NCBI GenBank assembly: GCA_029838195.1 | Contig: JALGVJ010000018.1 | Span: 1 to 64,000 of the forward strand | Reading direction: 5' to 3' | Source: Promethearchaeota archaeon | GTDB lineage: Archaea; Asgardarchaeota; Lokiarchaeia; Sigyniarchaeales; SOKP01 | DNA length: 64,000 bases | Shown: piece after piece, positions 32,611 through 42,952 of the stretch | How the letters are laid out: each line of letters opens with the position of its first letter | Position numbering within the stretch: the stretch's first letter is position 1 | The notes under the pieces: model-generated | What the model was told of the DNA's origin: nothing | Seen by the model: the letters and a program-made list of their open reading frames with translations, nothing else | The model's database searches: none | Position numbers and translations under genes: made by a program

Positions 32611-33501
32611 ATGAAAAAAAAGATTTTATTTTCCGTGAAAAGAGATCATGAAATCCTTGATCGTGTTATAGAGGGATTGAATGCTATTTCTAATATCGAG
32701 CTTATTATTCATGATCCGACCAAGGAATATTTTAACATTACTCGCATGAGGACCATTTTAAGCAACTATGATTTCATTATCGTGAAGGTTGTGAATCAGA
32801 ATTCTTTAAACATGTTATATTTTGCCAAGCTCCATGGCATTCGCACGCTTCATGATTTAAATTCTGTTTTAATTTGTAAGAGCAAATTTATTTTAGACAT
32901 GTATTTAAGGAAGATTTTAGAGACTCATGCCCCTCAATTTGAAAACATTCATTTACCTACTGCTTGGAATCATAATCCCATAAATAAAACCGAATTTAGG
33001 GAGTGGATTATTGAGCATGTGCCCGTTGTTATTAAAAGTAACTATCAGTGTGACCCGTATAATAGGTTCAATTTTTTAGTGAGGAAAAAAGAAGAGATTG
33101 ATTACTTTTATGAACGCTATTCTTCTTTTATTACTAATGATGTATATCTCCAAAAATTTATTGAATGTGATGGGTATGACAGAAAAATTTATGTTATTGG
33201 AGAGGAAATCTTTGGAATAAAAAGAGAAAACCCAATTTATTTATTTCTGAGAGAACATCCCGAGAATATTGATGTAAATGAATTAAAAAGGGAACCCTAT
33301 TCCGTTCCAAGTAAAATAAAAGAATTTGCTAAGATTTTGGGAAAAGAGTTAAATTTAAAATTATTTGGTTTTGATTTGGTTCAAAAAGGCAAGGGAGAAT
33401 ATTATCTTTTAGATTTAAATGAATTTCCCGGATTTAAAGGGATCCAAAACGTTTCTACTAAGCTAATATCGTTTTTTAAAAACTTATTTTTCTCAGAATA
33501 A
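32611..33501 (+). CDS. ATP-grasp protein, ITPK1-like inositol phosphate kinase candidate
   Basis: YLQKFI..DGYDRKIYVIG and LFGFDLV...YLLDLNEFPGF. Confidence 0.78.
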   Translation: MKKKILFSVKRDHEILDRVIEGLNAISNIELIIHDPTKEYFNITRMRTILSNYDFIIVKVVNQNSLNMLYFAKLHGIRTLHDLNSVLICKSKFILDMYLRKILETHAPQFENIHLPTAWNHNPINKTEFREWIIEHVPVVIKSNYQCDPYNRFNFLVRKKEEIDYFYERYSSFITNDVYLQKFIECDGYDRKIYVIGEEIFGIKRENPIYLFLREHPENIDVNELKREPYSVPSKIKEFAKILGKELNLKLFGFDLVQKGKGEYYLLDLNEFPGFKGIQNVSTKLISFFKNLFFSE

Positions 33502-33514
33502 TTTCAGATTAATT

Positions 33515-34323
33515 TTATTGAAAAGCAGAAAAGATGTAAGAGGGGATTATCATGATAAAAGAAATCAATCCATATAAAATGCAGAAGTAATTAAAGGAGA
33601 GCTTTTTTACTAATTTTATTAAAATGCTCATCATGAGATATGCGCCTAGAAAGCTAAAACTCAAGGAAAGGAGGAGATTGAGAAGAGTTGAAATTTTAAA
33701 AACAGAGTTGTTTTTAAATAAGACTTCGAGAAGTAAGGATATTATAAAAAATGGGATATACATGATAAAACTTAATTTTAAAGCAGTTTCTTTATCATTA
33801 TTTTCTAATAAATGAATGGAAACCGTCAAGGCAGGACGAGAAACTCCCGGAAGTATCGCCAGTCCTTGCATTAATCCGGATAAAAAGGCAGATGTTCTAA
33901 GTTCCTTATTAGATAAATTTTCGAAATCATTTGTTCCAAAAATTCTATTAATGCGAATTAATAATATTCCTGCTCCAAATAAAATGCCTCTATATAAACG
34001 TGTTGAAACAAGTAATAGAAAGGAAAAATCGTGAGGAGTGTGCCCATGCTGCTAAAAATTAACCAATTTCTTCTATTAATATCCACCCGATCACTTTCAT
34101 TCCCTAATGAATTTAGTATGTTTAAAATCCTCGCAAATTCTGACCGAAATTTAATAATTATAGCCAGAAAAGAACCAAGTTGGAACCAGAATACACCTTG
34201 AATCTCATTATTAGGGTTTAAATTTAAATTTTTTGAGATCATGGCCATGACTTGCCCAAATGGAGAGATGGGGAGCATTTCCAGAATTCCAAATAAAAAA
34301 GCAAGGATGATGATTTCAATCAT
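33515..34323 (-). pseudogene. frameshifted BacA/UppP-like polyprenyl-diphosphate phosphatase
   Basis: N fragment GILEMLPISPFGQ and C fragment QGLAILPGVSR lie in different frames; shift near 33960-34030. Confidence 0.78.
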
Positions 34324-34386
34324 TGAATTAAAATTATTTTTTCAATAAATCGACATTTTTTTTAAATTAAAGAATTTAAAAGGAAA

Positions 34387-34860
34387 TTAAAAATATCGTT
34401 GCAATCCCTTCATGACGCAACGTTTAATTTCATCGCGCGCGATTCTAAATCCCTCTAAGCCCTTCATGGAGGGATCTTCAATATTTCCCGTTTCCCCCGC
34501 AAATTCTCGTAAAGTAAGAATGACCTTATCATTCGATTTCAAGCATTTTAACACTTCTTTTTTATGCGTTTCGGTTAAAGTGATGATTAAATCTGCTTGT
34601 TCAAGGTAATTAGGATGTTTTTTTAGATCTATAGATAAGGCATCTTCTCTCAAATGAATGTTGTCTTCTTTCATGGCTAAACGTGCATCCAGAGAAATGA
34701 GCATGCCATCTCTCGCATTAGAGGCGATTCCACCGGAACAAATTTTAACATCCATGCCTTTACTTGAAAAGAAATCTTTTAAATACCCTTCTACCATGCG
34801 GCTTCGTGCTGTATTAACGCTACAAGCAATGACAATATTTTTATAGGGAAATTTATTCAT
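34387..34860 (-). CDS. low-molecular-weight protein phosphatase family
   Basis: P-loop CSVNTARS (CX5R), ADLIITL, IEDP. Confidence 0.88.
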   Translation of the reverse strand: MNKFPYKNIVIACSVNTARSRMVEGYLKDFFSSKGMDVKICSGGIASNARDGMLISLDARLAMKEDNIHLREDALSIDLKKHPNYLEQADLIITLTETHKKEVLKCLKSNDKVILTLREFAGETGNIEDPSMKGLEGFRIARDEIKRCVMKGLQRYF

Positions 34861-34992
34861 GTTTCTTTTTTTTCGAATATAATGATTGGGGTCTGATAAG
34901 CCTATAAATGAATTCTGCCTTTAAAATCTTAAAAAAATAAAATAAAAAACTTATACTATTAAAGAAAATAAAAAAACCATGGAAAAAAAAAT

Positions 34993-35685
34993 TTAGAAAA
35001 AACTCTCTTTTTTAGCAAAATGGATGCCCCGTGAGCTCATGGCTTCTAATGCGTTTGAAATGTTATTTTCAGGTTGATCTATGCCCCGCGTTAAATCTAT
35101 TAAAAACACCACGTCAAATCCAAAACTCACCCCGTCCATTGCGGTAAAATAACAACAATAGTCTAATGCCAACCCGCACACGAATATTCTTTTAATTTTA
35201 AGAGATTTTAGATATCCGGCAAGCCCAGTTTCAGTTTTTTTATCATTTTCTAAAAAACCTGAATAACTATCTACTTTTGGATTATATCCTTTTCTAATAA
35301 TAGCATGTGCGAGAGTTTTATCGAGTGTTTCATGAAACTCTGCGCCTAGAGTTCCTTGAAGGCAATGATCAGGCCATAATATAGGGCCGATGGCTCCATC
35401 TTGAAATTCATCTCCCGGTTTTTTACCAGGATGGTTGCTAGCAAATGATAAATGATTTTTTGGATGCCAATCTTGAGTAAAAACGATAATACCTTTTTCT
35501 TTTTTAAATTTTTCTCCGAGTTCATTAATTGGAACAACAATCTGATCCCCTCCTTCTACGGGAAGAGCGCCTCCGGGAATAAAATCATTTTGCATGTCTA
35601 CTATTATTAAGGCATCCTCTTTCGAAATTTTTATTTCTGGAATGATGTCTAAATCTTTAATTTTCATTGCCATCCTTTTTAACAT
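34993..35685 (-). CDS. pncA: nicotinamidase/pyrazinamidase
   Basis: VDMQNDFIPGGAL, QDWHP, WPDHC, DSYSGF and GLALDYC motifs. Confidence 0.94.
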   Translation of the reverse strand: MLKRMAMKIKDLDIIPEIKISKEDALIIVDMQNDFIPGGALPVEGGDQIVVPINELGEKFKKEKGIIVFTQDWHPKNHLSFASNHPGKKPGDEFQDGAIGPILWPDHCLQGTLGAEFHETLDKTLAHAIIRKGYNPKVDSYSGFLENDKKTETGLAGYLKSLKIKRIFVCGLALDYCCYFTAMDGVSFGFDVVFLIDLTRGIDQPENNISNALEAMSSRGIHFAKKESFF

Positions 35686-35798
35686 TTAATTTTCTTATTT
35701 TGAGATAAAATTATTTGTATTAACATAATTTAAGTGCCTATTTTAATATATTCCTTTTAATTTCTATTTTAATTCAATGCAGAACATATTTACCCCAA

Positions 35799-36440
35799 CT
35801 ATGGTGAGTTTCTTTTTTTAAATCGGAAAGAATACAAGGAATTAACAATTACGTATCCGAAAATCCCAAACGTTACGCTCCATTCAAAAATAGGAAGCCA
35901 CGTGAAAAGAACTGCGAGAAAAAGAGCCGAACAAATGAAACCGTACCCCGCTAATATATTACTATAGGCCTCACATTTAAGCATTAAAATACTAAAAGTA
36001 AAGCAATACACGCTTCCCATTATCCATGAAATGGCTACCATTATACCGTGTATCCACAAAATAAGTGTATTATCCAAACGCGCTGGAAACATGCCTATAA
36101 GAGAAAAAGTCAAACAGGAAATATAAGAAGCATGAAGGGCTATTTTTCTAATTAGTTGATTGGACTCTTTAAGGATTTCTCCTAAGGTATAATAAAAAGG
36201 CATGGCAATTATACCCGAAAGAATAAGTGCCAAATTAAAATAAACGGCCCCCTTTCCATTGACACCTAATTCACTTATCATGTTAGTAAAGAAATCATAT
36301 CCGGGAAAAAAATAAAGAGCAATTAATTCACCATTTGCCATTATAAAAGCAGAAATTAATCCAAAAAAACCCCCGGGAATTTTCATCAATAAGCGATTCC
36401 AAAAGATCTCTACTTTTTCCATGCTTATTTTAAAATTCAT
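35799..36440 (-). CDS. DUF998 family membrane protein
   Basis: PGYDFFTNMISELG, IGMFP, IH, PIFEW motifs; about 6 TM. Confidence 0.75.
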   Translation of the reverse strand: MNFKISMEKVEIFWNRLLMKIPGGFFGLISAFIMANGELIALYFFPGYDFFTNMISELGVNGKGAVYFNLALILSGIIAMPFYYTLGEILKESNQLIRKIALHASYISCLTFSLIGMFPARLDNTLILWIHGIMVAISWIMGSVYCFTFSILMLKCEAYSNILAGYGFICSALFLAVLFTWLPIFEWSVTFGIFGYVIVNSLYSFRFKKRNSP

Positions 36441-36777
36441 TGTAAATATAATTTAATGTAATAAAATGAAGGAGATTTATTTATTTATTTGATAAGGTTT
36501 TATTCTTACATTTTAAAAAAATATTAAATTATTTATCTTTAAATTCACGTTAACTTAGAGAATGAAGAAGAAAATAGCAAGGTAGAAGAAGTAAAATCTC
36601 TTAAGATAAATTCATTTTAAAGAATCGAAATTTTATTAATCACCAATATTTCTCTTGAATAGTGAAATTGTTCGCTTAAAAATTTTCCTATAAACCACGA
36701 TATATAGTTAAATTTATTTTATACAAAACTCTTTTATCTGTTAAAAAACTGTAAATTGAAAGAAAAAAGAATACCAT

Positions 36778-37158
36778 GTGAAATTTATGAATGGCAGACA
36801 AAAATTTTACCTATTATTAGCCATTTTCCAAGTATTTCTGGGAATGATCGTTTTTTTTTCTGTAAATGGAATCGTTAGTGTCGCAAGAGCCCAAGCCGAA
36901 CAAGCAACCTCCCTACAATACTATGATAGCACGACAGCAGCTTTTCTTGCCTTATCTTCAGCCATATCTTTAGGATTATCCGTTCTCGGAGCTGCTTTTG
37001 CCCTTAAAACGGTTGGAACCGCTGCTATTTCATCATTATCGGAAAAAGAGGAAGTTTTCTTCAAGGCCTTTCTCGTAGTAGCCCTTTGTGAAGCTTTAGC
37101 AATTTATGGATTAATTATTGCAGTATTACTATGGACCAAGATACCTCTTCCCCCATAA
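36778..37158 (+). CDS. atpK: A/V-type ATP synthase subunit K (c, proteolipid)
   Basis: Single hairpin with ALCEALAIYGL; extra N-terminal hydrophobic segment. Confidence 0.92.
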   Translation: MKFMNGRQKFYLLLAIFQVFLGMIVFFSVNGIVSVARAQAEQATSLQYYDSTTAAFLALSSAISLGLSVLGAAFALKTVGTAAISSLSEKEEVFFKAFLVVALCEALAIYGLIIAVLLWTKIPLPP

Positions 37159-37251
37159 AGCTCCATCTCTTTTAAGGATGGAAAATGATGATAATCCGTT
37201 TAGATTCAAGAGCAGAAATAGATTGCATTTTGTTTTTTTTAAAAATTTGAA

Positions 37252-38316
37252 GTGGGTGAGAATGTTACGAGCATTATAGTTCCTTCCTATGCTTATACGT
37301 ATATCAAAATGGATTTTCTTAAGTTATTACTCTTAGATGAGGCTTCTTTAAACAGATTAAAACAGCTGGAAAATATTGAGGAAATTATAAATTTTCTCAA
37401 GCCTTATTATCCTGAATTGGAAATTAAAAAATTAGATATTGTTGAGATTGAGAAAGCACTCTTTTCTACTTATATAAAATTAATTGGGAAAATCATGATT
37501 TATTCTCCGGAGAACATGCGGTATTTTCTTAGAAATATCTTGCTTAAATATGAGATATATAACATCAAGCAAGTGATAATTGGCACCATCATTGGCATGA
37601 GCAAGGAAGAGAAACGAGCAAATGTGAATTTTACGGTTGAAAAATATTTAGAAAATGAAGAATTCATGAAAAAATTGCTTGAACTTACATCTTTGGAGGA
37701 AATTGAATTTTTCTTGCGAAAGACACGATATAACAAGGCAATAAGAGAGGGACTGCTTTATTTCCGAAACACGGGTGAGATTTTTGTCTTAGAATCCTTT
37801 TTGGATCAACTTTATTATCAAAACTTAGTTTCCATGAAACGAAGATTAAACAAGAAAGAACGAGAAATGATAAAATTGTACATAAATTATATTGTAGAAA
37901 TTTATAATATAAACATGATTTACAGGGGGATTAAAAATAATATTGACAGAAATTTATTGTCTCAATTTCTAATAAAGAACTATTTATTTTTAACTGAGGG
38001 AAGAATGTTTCAGTTATTAGAATTAGATAACGTTGATATTTTTATTAATTATCTCAGAACAATTTATAAAATCACTCCCGGAATAAAAGAAAATTATAAT
38101 GATGCGTCCATTAATCCATTATGTTTACGCAGATCTCTTGAAAATCTTTACATTAATTATTATTTTAAGAAATTTCGAGCAAAAGTGGGGGATATTGAGT
38201 ATTTCACGATCTATAAAATTTTAGAAATTTTAATTAAAAAAGAAGAGGAAATTAAATTTGAAATCTTACCAAAATTGGTACAGATTCTTAATGAAAAATT
38301 TACATTATTAAAATAA
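37252..38316 (+). CDS. atpC: A/V-type ATP synthase subunit C (d/AC39)
   Basis: Operon position, size, KYEIYNIK and LESFLDQLYY motifs. Confidence 0.82.
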   Translation: MGENVTSIIVPSYAYTYIKMDFLKLLLLDEASLNRLKQLENIEEIINFLKPYYPELEIKKLDIVEIEKALFSTYIKLIGKIMIYSPENMRYFLRNILLKYEIYNIKQVIIGTIIGMSKEEKRANVNFTVEKYLENEEFMKKLLELTSLEEIEFFLRKTRYNKAIREGLLYFRNTGEIFVLESFLDQLYYQNLVSMKRRLNKKEREMIKLYINYIVEIYNINMIYRGIKNNIDRNLLSQFLIKNYLFLTEGRMFQLLELDNVDIFINYLRTIYKITPGIKENYNDASINPLCLRRSLENLYINYYFKKFRAKVGDIEYFTIYKILEILIKKEEEIKFEILPKLVQILNEKFTLLK

Positions 38317-38360
38317 ATTAAAAGCGTTCCGGCTAAATATCATGGAGAAGAGGAGATCAA

Positions 38361-38672
38361 ATGGTAATTTTTGATTGGATTAAAGATATTGAGGATAAAT
38401 ATAAAAATTTAATTGAAAAGGTAAAAGAAGAGAATTCTATGGAATTAAAAGAATTTAGAAGGAAACAGGAAATGGAAATGGAGAAAATCATCAATAAAAA
38501 ACAAGAGACAGTCAATAAAGCCTTGAAAACACTCTCAGAAGAAATTCATGAGGGAATAAAGCAATTGGATACCCGTTTTATTAGTATCTCTAAAGATATT
38601 GAAAATGAATTGAGGGAAAAAAAGGAAGAGATAATAAATAATATATTGCAAAAATTAAAACTTGAATTTTAA
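38361..38672 (+). CDS. atpH: A/V-type ATP synthase subunit H (G)
   Basis: 103-aa charged helical protein within the operon. Confidence 0.68.
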   Translation: MVIFDWIKDIEDKYKNLIEKVKEENSMELKEFRRKQEMEMEKIINKKQETVNKALKTLSEEIHEGIKQLDTRFISISKDIENELREKKEEIINNILQKLKLEF

Positions 38673-38673
38673 A

Positions 38674-38994
38674 ATGTCCGAAAAAGATATATATATAATA
38701 GGAGATCCGGAAATTGTAAGGCTCTTCGGCCTTTTAGGAATTGAAGGAACGGAACTAGAAAATCCAAAGAATTTCATAAAAATATTTAATGAAATAATCA
38801 AAGATAAATCCATTGGTATGATATTTATAGCGTTAGATTTATCTACTGATGAAATTAATTTTCTCATGGATTTTAAACTGAATAATTTAAGTCCTTTAAT
38901 TGTATATTTACCCAACATTTTTGAGACTGAAATCGATAAAACAGACATCTTTTATCGGAATATTCTCGATTCAATATATAAAATAATTAGGTAA
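38674..38994 (+). CDS. atpF: A/V-type ATP synthase subunit F
   Basis: IYIIGDPEIVRLFGLLGI...PLIVYLP. Confidence 0.88.
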   Translation: MSEKDIYIIGDPEIVRLFGLLGIEGTELENPKNFIKIFNEIIKDKSIGMIFIALDLSTDEINFLMDFKLNNLSPLIVYLPNIFETEIDKTDIFYRNILDSIYKIIR

Positions 38995-39014
38995 AAAAAG
39001 GAGGAGATTGACCA

Positions 39015-39737
39015 ATTTCCAACCAAGAAGAATTAAAACGGAGAGTCGGAAAATTAGGACTTTATTTAATTCAGAAAGCTGAAAAAGAGATTCGAGAAAT
39101 GAATCAAATGGTGTTATTCCAAAAAGCAAGATTTAAGAAGAGAATTATGGAAAGAACGGAAGAGCAGTCCAGGCAAATCAAAGCTAGTTTTATTAATACT
39201 TATAACGAGTTTTGTAATAATTCGTTATCCTCCAACTTGATTAAAATAAATGATCAAGCGCTCAATCTTAAAAATCGTTTAATAAAAGAACTAAATCAAG
39301 AATTATTCCCTAAAATTAAAGATCGAATTCACCAACATTATTCGGATTATATTAAATTTTTAATTCGAATTATAGAAAAAGATGAAAAAGAGCTTATAAA
39401 TAAAGCCAAGGTAGAAATCATCTTCAATTCACGAGATCATGCGTATTTCATGAAAAATAAAAATGATTTTCAACAAATTTTCAAACCAAACGTTGAAATT
39501 AGAAAATCTGAAGAAGATTTTATCGGAGGGTATAAAATAACATTACCACTTGAAAAAATATCTCTCGATCATACCATTGAAGAAATTATCAAATCAAATC
39601 AACTAATCATAGAAAAGGAGTTCACTAAAATTATTTCAGATAAAGAAATAAAAAATATTCAAAGAGAATTCGAACAATTCATTCATGAACAAAAATTAAA
39701 GATTGAGGGGTATTTAATCGAATATGACCAAATTTAA
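39015..39737 (+). CDS. atpE: A/V-type ATP synthase subunit E (probable ATT start; first ATG at 39099)
   Basis: Helical N-terminus and FIGGYKI...LDHTIE; frame is open back to ATT 39015 after GGAGGAG. Confidence 0.8.
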   Translation: MSNQEELKRRVGKLGLYLIQKAEKEIREMNQMVLFQKARFKKRIMERTEEQSRQIKASFINTYNEFCNNSLSSNLIKINDQALNLKNRLIKELNQELFPKIKDRIHQHYSDYIKFLIRIIEKDEKELINKAKVEIIFNSRDHAYFMKNKNDFQQIFKPNVEIRKSEEDFIGGYKITLPLEKISLDHTIEEIIKSNQLIIEKEFTKIISDKEIKNIQREFEQFIHEQKLKIEGYLIEYDQI

Positions 39738-41550
39738 AGAGGAGGGAGATATTGGCTATATAACCTCTATTAACGGATCTCTCATTAAAATTAAAGGAAT
39801 AGAAAAAAAAGCCCGGTTACATGATCTAGTCAAAGTAGTTCAGCATAACATAATAGGCGAAGTAATTCAAATCCACGTAGACCATATCATAGCACAATGT
39901 TATGAAGAAACTTTTAATTTAAAACTTAACCAACAAGTTATCAATTTAGGCGAGCCGCTCAGCATGGAATTAGGACCGGGATTATTGGGAAAAATTTTTG
40001 ATGGAATTCAAAGACCCCTCGAATTTGCTCTCATGCAGTCGGGGAATGAAGGGTTTTTAAAAAGAGGCTTAGAATTCCCCGCTCTATCGCGGACTAAATT
40101 GTGGGAATTCAAACCGGTTAAAAAAATAAATGATACTGTCAGCACAGGCGATGTTATCGGCGTGGTACAAGAAACGGATTCGATCTTACATAAAATTATG
40201 GTTCCTCCCGGTATTTCTGGAAAAATTACACATGTTGTAAAAGGAGGTCAATACCATATAGATGATGAGATTTATCGGTTAAAAATTAAAAATGAAGAAC
40301 AATCTTTTACCATGATTCAAAAATGGCCGATAACGGAAGGCAGACCTTTTATAAAAAAATTAAACTTGAATGAACCTCTCTTAACCGGATTACGAGTAAT
40401 CGATCTTCTATTTCCTATCGCAAAAGGTGGAAGTGTCGCTGTTCCGGGCGGTTTTGGTACGGGCAAGACGGTCATTCAGCAATCTTTAGCAAAATGGTGT
40501 GATGCTGATGTTATTATATTTGTTGGCTGTGGAGAGCGAGGGAATGAAATCGCAGACGTATTACAGCAATTTTCAGAATTAAAGGATCCACGAACAGGAA
40601 AAACCTTATTGAATCGCATCGTGTTAATTGCCAATACTTCTAATATGCCCGTTTCGGCTCGTGAAGCGAGCATTTTTTCGGGAGTCACTATTGGAGAATA
40701 TTATAGGGATATGGGATATGATGTGGCATTATTGGCAGATAGTACATCAAGATGGGCCGAATCTTTAAGAGAGATATCCGGCTTATTAGAAGAGATGCCT
40801 GCTGAAGAGGGTTACCCCGCTTATTTGCCTTCTAAGCTTTCAAGTTTTTATGAACGTGCGGGAATCGTACAAGTACTGGGGAATTCTTCAGAGAAAAAAA
40901 GAATTGGATCCTTAACGATTATTGGATCCGTATCTCCTCCATCCGGAGATTTTAATGAACCGGTTACATCGAATACAAAAAGATTTGTTCAAACATTTTG
41001 GGCTTTAGATGCAAGCCTTGCCTATTCTAAGCATTATCCTGCCATTAATTGGCGAGATTCTTATTCTAATTATCCAGAATACATTTCTGATTGGTGGTAT
41101 GAACGAGACATAGATTGGAGAGGAATAGAATTAGATTGGGATCAATGTAGAATAAAAGTGAATGAAATTTTATCAATAGAAAATGATTTAAAAAATGTTA
41201 CTCAATTAATAGGAGAAGAAAATCTGCCCGATGAGCAACAACTTATTTTGTTAATTGCGAAAATAATAAAAAATGGTTTTCTCATTCAGAATGCTTTTAA
41301 TGAGATTGACTGTTTCACCACGCCCAAAAAACTTTTAGCTCAAATTAAATTAATCTTGTTGTTTTATCAAGAAGCAAGAGATTTAATTCGTCAAGGTGTT
41401 TTAATTGAAAATATAAAAAACTTAGAGATTGTAAATGATATTTTAAGAGTTAGTTCTACTATTCCAAATAATGATTTTTCTAAATTAGAAGATTTAAGAG
41501 AAAAGCTAATGAATGAAATGGATTCTTTAAAATCTTTCAAGGTGAGATGA
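39724..41550 (+). CDS. atpA: A/V-type ATP synthase subunit A
   Basis: PGGFGTGKT, GCGERGNE, NTSNMPV, EEGYPAYL; no intein. Confidence 0.97.
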   Translation: MTKFKEEGDIGYITSINGSLIKIKGIEKKARLHDLVKVVQHNIIGEVIQIHVDHIIAQCYEETFNLKLNQQVINLGEPLSMELGPGLLGKIFDGIQRPLEFALMQSGNEGFLKRGLEFPALSRTKLWEFKPVKKINDTVSTGDVIGVVQETDSILHKIMVPPGISGKITHVVKGGQYHIDDEIYRLKIKNEEQSFTMIQKWPITEGRPFIKKLNLNEPLLTGLRVIDLLFPIAKGGSVAVPGGFGTGKTVIQQSLAKWCDADVIIFVGCGERGNEIADVLQQFSELKDPRTGKTLLNRIVLIANTSNMPVSAREASIFSGVTIGEYYRDMGYDVALLADSTSRWAESLREISGLLEEMPAEEGYPAYLPSKLSSFYERAGIVQVLGNSSEKKRIGSLTIIGSVSPPSGDFNEPVTSNTKRFVQTFWALDASLAYSKHYPAINWRDSYSNYPEYISDWWYERDIDWRGIELDWDQCRIKVNEILSIENDLKNVTQLIGEENLPDEQQLILLIAKIIKNGFLIQNAFNEIDCFTTPKKLLAQIKLILLFYQEARDLIRQGVLIENIKNLEIVNDILRVSSTIPNNDFSKLEDLREKLMNEMDSLKSFKVR

Positions 41551-41556
41551 TATTTA

Positions 41557-42948
41557 ATGAGCGTTACGTATAGAAAAATAGATCAAATTATAGGTCCCTT
41601 AATATTTTTAAAAAATGAACACGACGTTCAATATGGAGAAATTGTAAAGCTCCACTCTACGGATGGTAAAGAACGCATTGGAGAAGTAATCAAAATAGAT
41701 GAAGAAATGATCGTGGTGGAAGTGTTTGAAAGCACTAAAGGATTATCTTCTGAAAATACCGAAGTATTCTTTACAAAAGATACATTTAAAATTAAATTAT
41801 CGGTGGACATGCTTGGAAGGGTGTTTAATTCCTTAGGTCAGCCCATCGATATTAGTACTAAAGAAGTCCTTGATTATAATATTTTAACTGAAGAAGAGCG
41901 AGATATTAATGGAGCTCCTATTAATCCTTTTGCCCGACAATATCCTTCCGATGTCATTCAAACGGGCGTCTCCACGATTGATGGACTCTTTACTTTGATT
42001 AGGGGACAAAAATTACCCATCTTCAGTGCGCAAGGCTTGCCACATAATCAACTTGCGGCTCAAATAATCACTCAAGCAAAAGTATTGACAGAAGAACCCT
42101 TTTTAATCATATTTTGTGGGATTGGAATCATTCGAGATGAGGCCATGTTTTTCTTAGATCGATTTAAAGAGAGTGGTAATATCCAAAACATCATTTCCTT
42201 CATTAATTTTGCAGATGATCCCATAATGGAACGATTAATCATTCCCAGAGCCGCTCTTACTACAGCAGAATATTTTGCGTTTGAAAAAGACATGCACGTC
42301 CTTATCGTATTAATTGATATGACGAATTATGCCGAAGCACTGAGAGAATTAAGCTCGGCTAAAGAAGAAATTCCAAGTAGAAAAGGATATCCGGGATATT
42401 TATACTCCGATTTAGCCTCTCTTTATGAAAGAACGGGTAAAATCAAGGGAAAAGTGGGTTCTATCACTCAAATCCCCATTTTAACCATGCCAAATGATGA
42501 TATAAGCCATCCAATACCAGATACCACGGGTTATATAACAGAAGGTCAATTGGTACTAAGTCGAGATTTAGATAAAAAAGGTATTTATCCTCCTTTTGAG
42601 GTTTTAGCTTCCATTTCTCGTCTCATGAAAGACGCCATTGGTGTTAAAACCACGCGAGAAGATCATGCTGATGTAAGCTCCCAATTATTAGCGACCTATT
42701 CAAGCGCCTTAGAAGTGAGAGATCTTCTCTCCATCGTGGGAGAAGAAGGGTTAAATCCAGAACAAAAATTGTTATTACAATTTGCAAACGAATTTGAGAA
42801 TAAATTTTTAAATCAAGGCAAAAATGAAAATCGAAGTTTTAATGATACGCTCAATATTGCTTGGGATATTCTTTCCATTTTGCCGAAAAACATGTTGATT
42901 AGAATATCACAAAAATATATTGATAAATATTACGTGGAACGATATTAA
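41557..42948 (+). CDS. atpB: A/V-type ATP synthase subunit B
   Basis: [32 protein letters not shown]. Confidence 0.97.
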   Translation: MSVTYRKIDQIIGPLIFLKNEHDVQYGEIVKLHSTDGKERIGEVIKIDEEMIVVEVFESTKGLSSENTEVFFTKDTFKIKLSVDMLGRVFNSLGQPIDISTKEVLDYNILTEEERDINGAPINPFARQYPSDVIQTGVSTIDGLFTLIRGQKLPIFSAQGLPHNQLAAQIITQAKVLTEEPFLIIFCGIGIIRDEAMFFLDRFKESGNIQNIISFINFADDPIMERLIIPRAALTTAEYFAFEKDMHVLIVLIDMTNYAEALRELSSAKEEIPSRKGYPGYLYSDLASLYERTGKIKGKVGSITQIPILTMPNDDISHPIPDTTGYITEGQLVLSRDLDKKGIYPPFEVLASISRLMKDAIGVKTTREDHADVSSQLLATYSSALEVRDLLSIVGEEGLNPEQKLLLQFANEFENKFLNQGKNENRSFNDTLNIAWDILSILPKNMLIRISQKYIDKYYVERY

Positions 42949-42952
42949 ATGG

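Noticed and set aside
19711-33501. RimK/LysX peptide ligase or RiPP (ATP-grasp) biosynthetic cluster
   Set aside because: No E-x-N motif and no precursor peptide; the ino1 linkage favours inositol phosphate kinases.
34387-34860. Arsenate reductase ArsC
   Set aside because: Lacks the resolving cysteine pair of thioredoxin-coupled ArsC, and there are no ars genes nearby.
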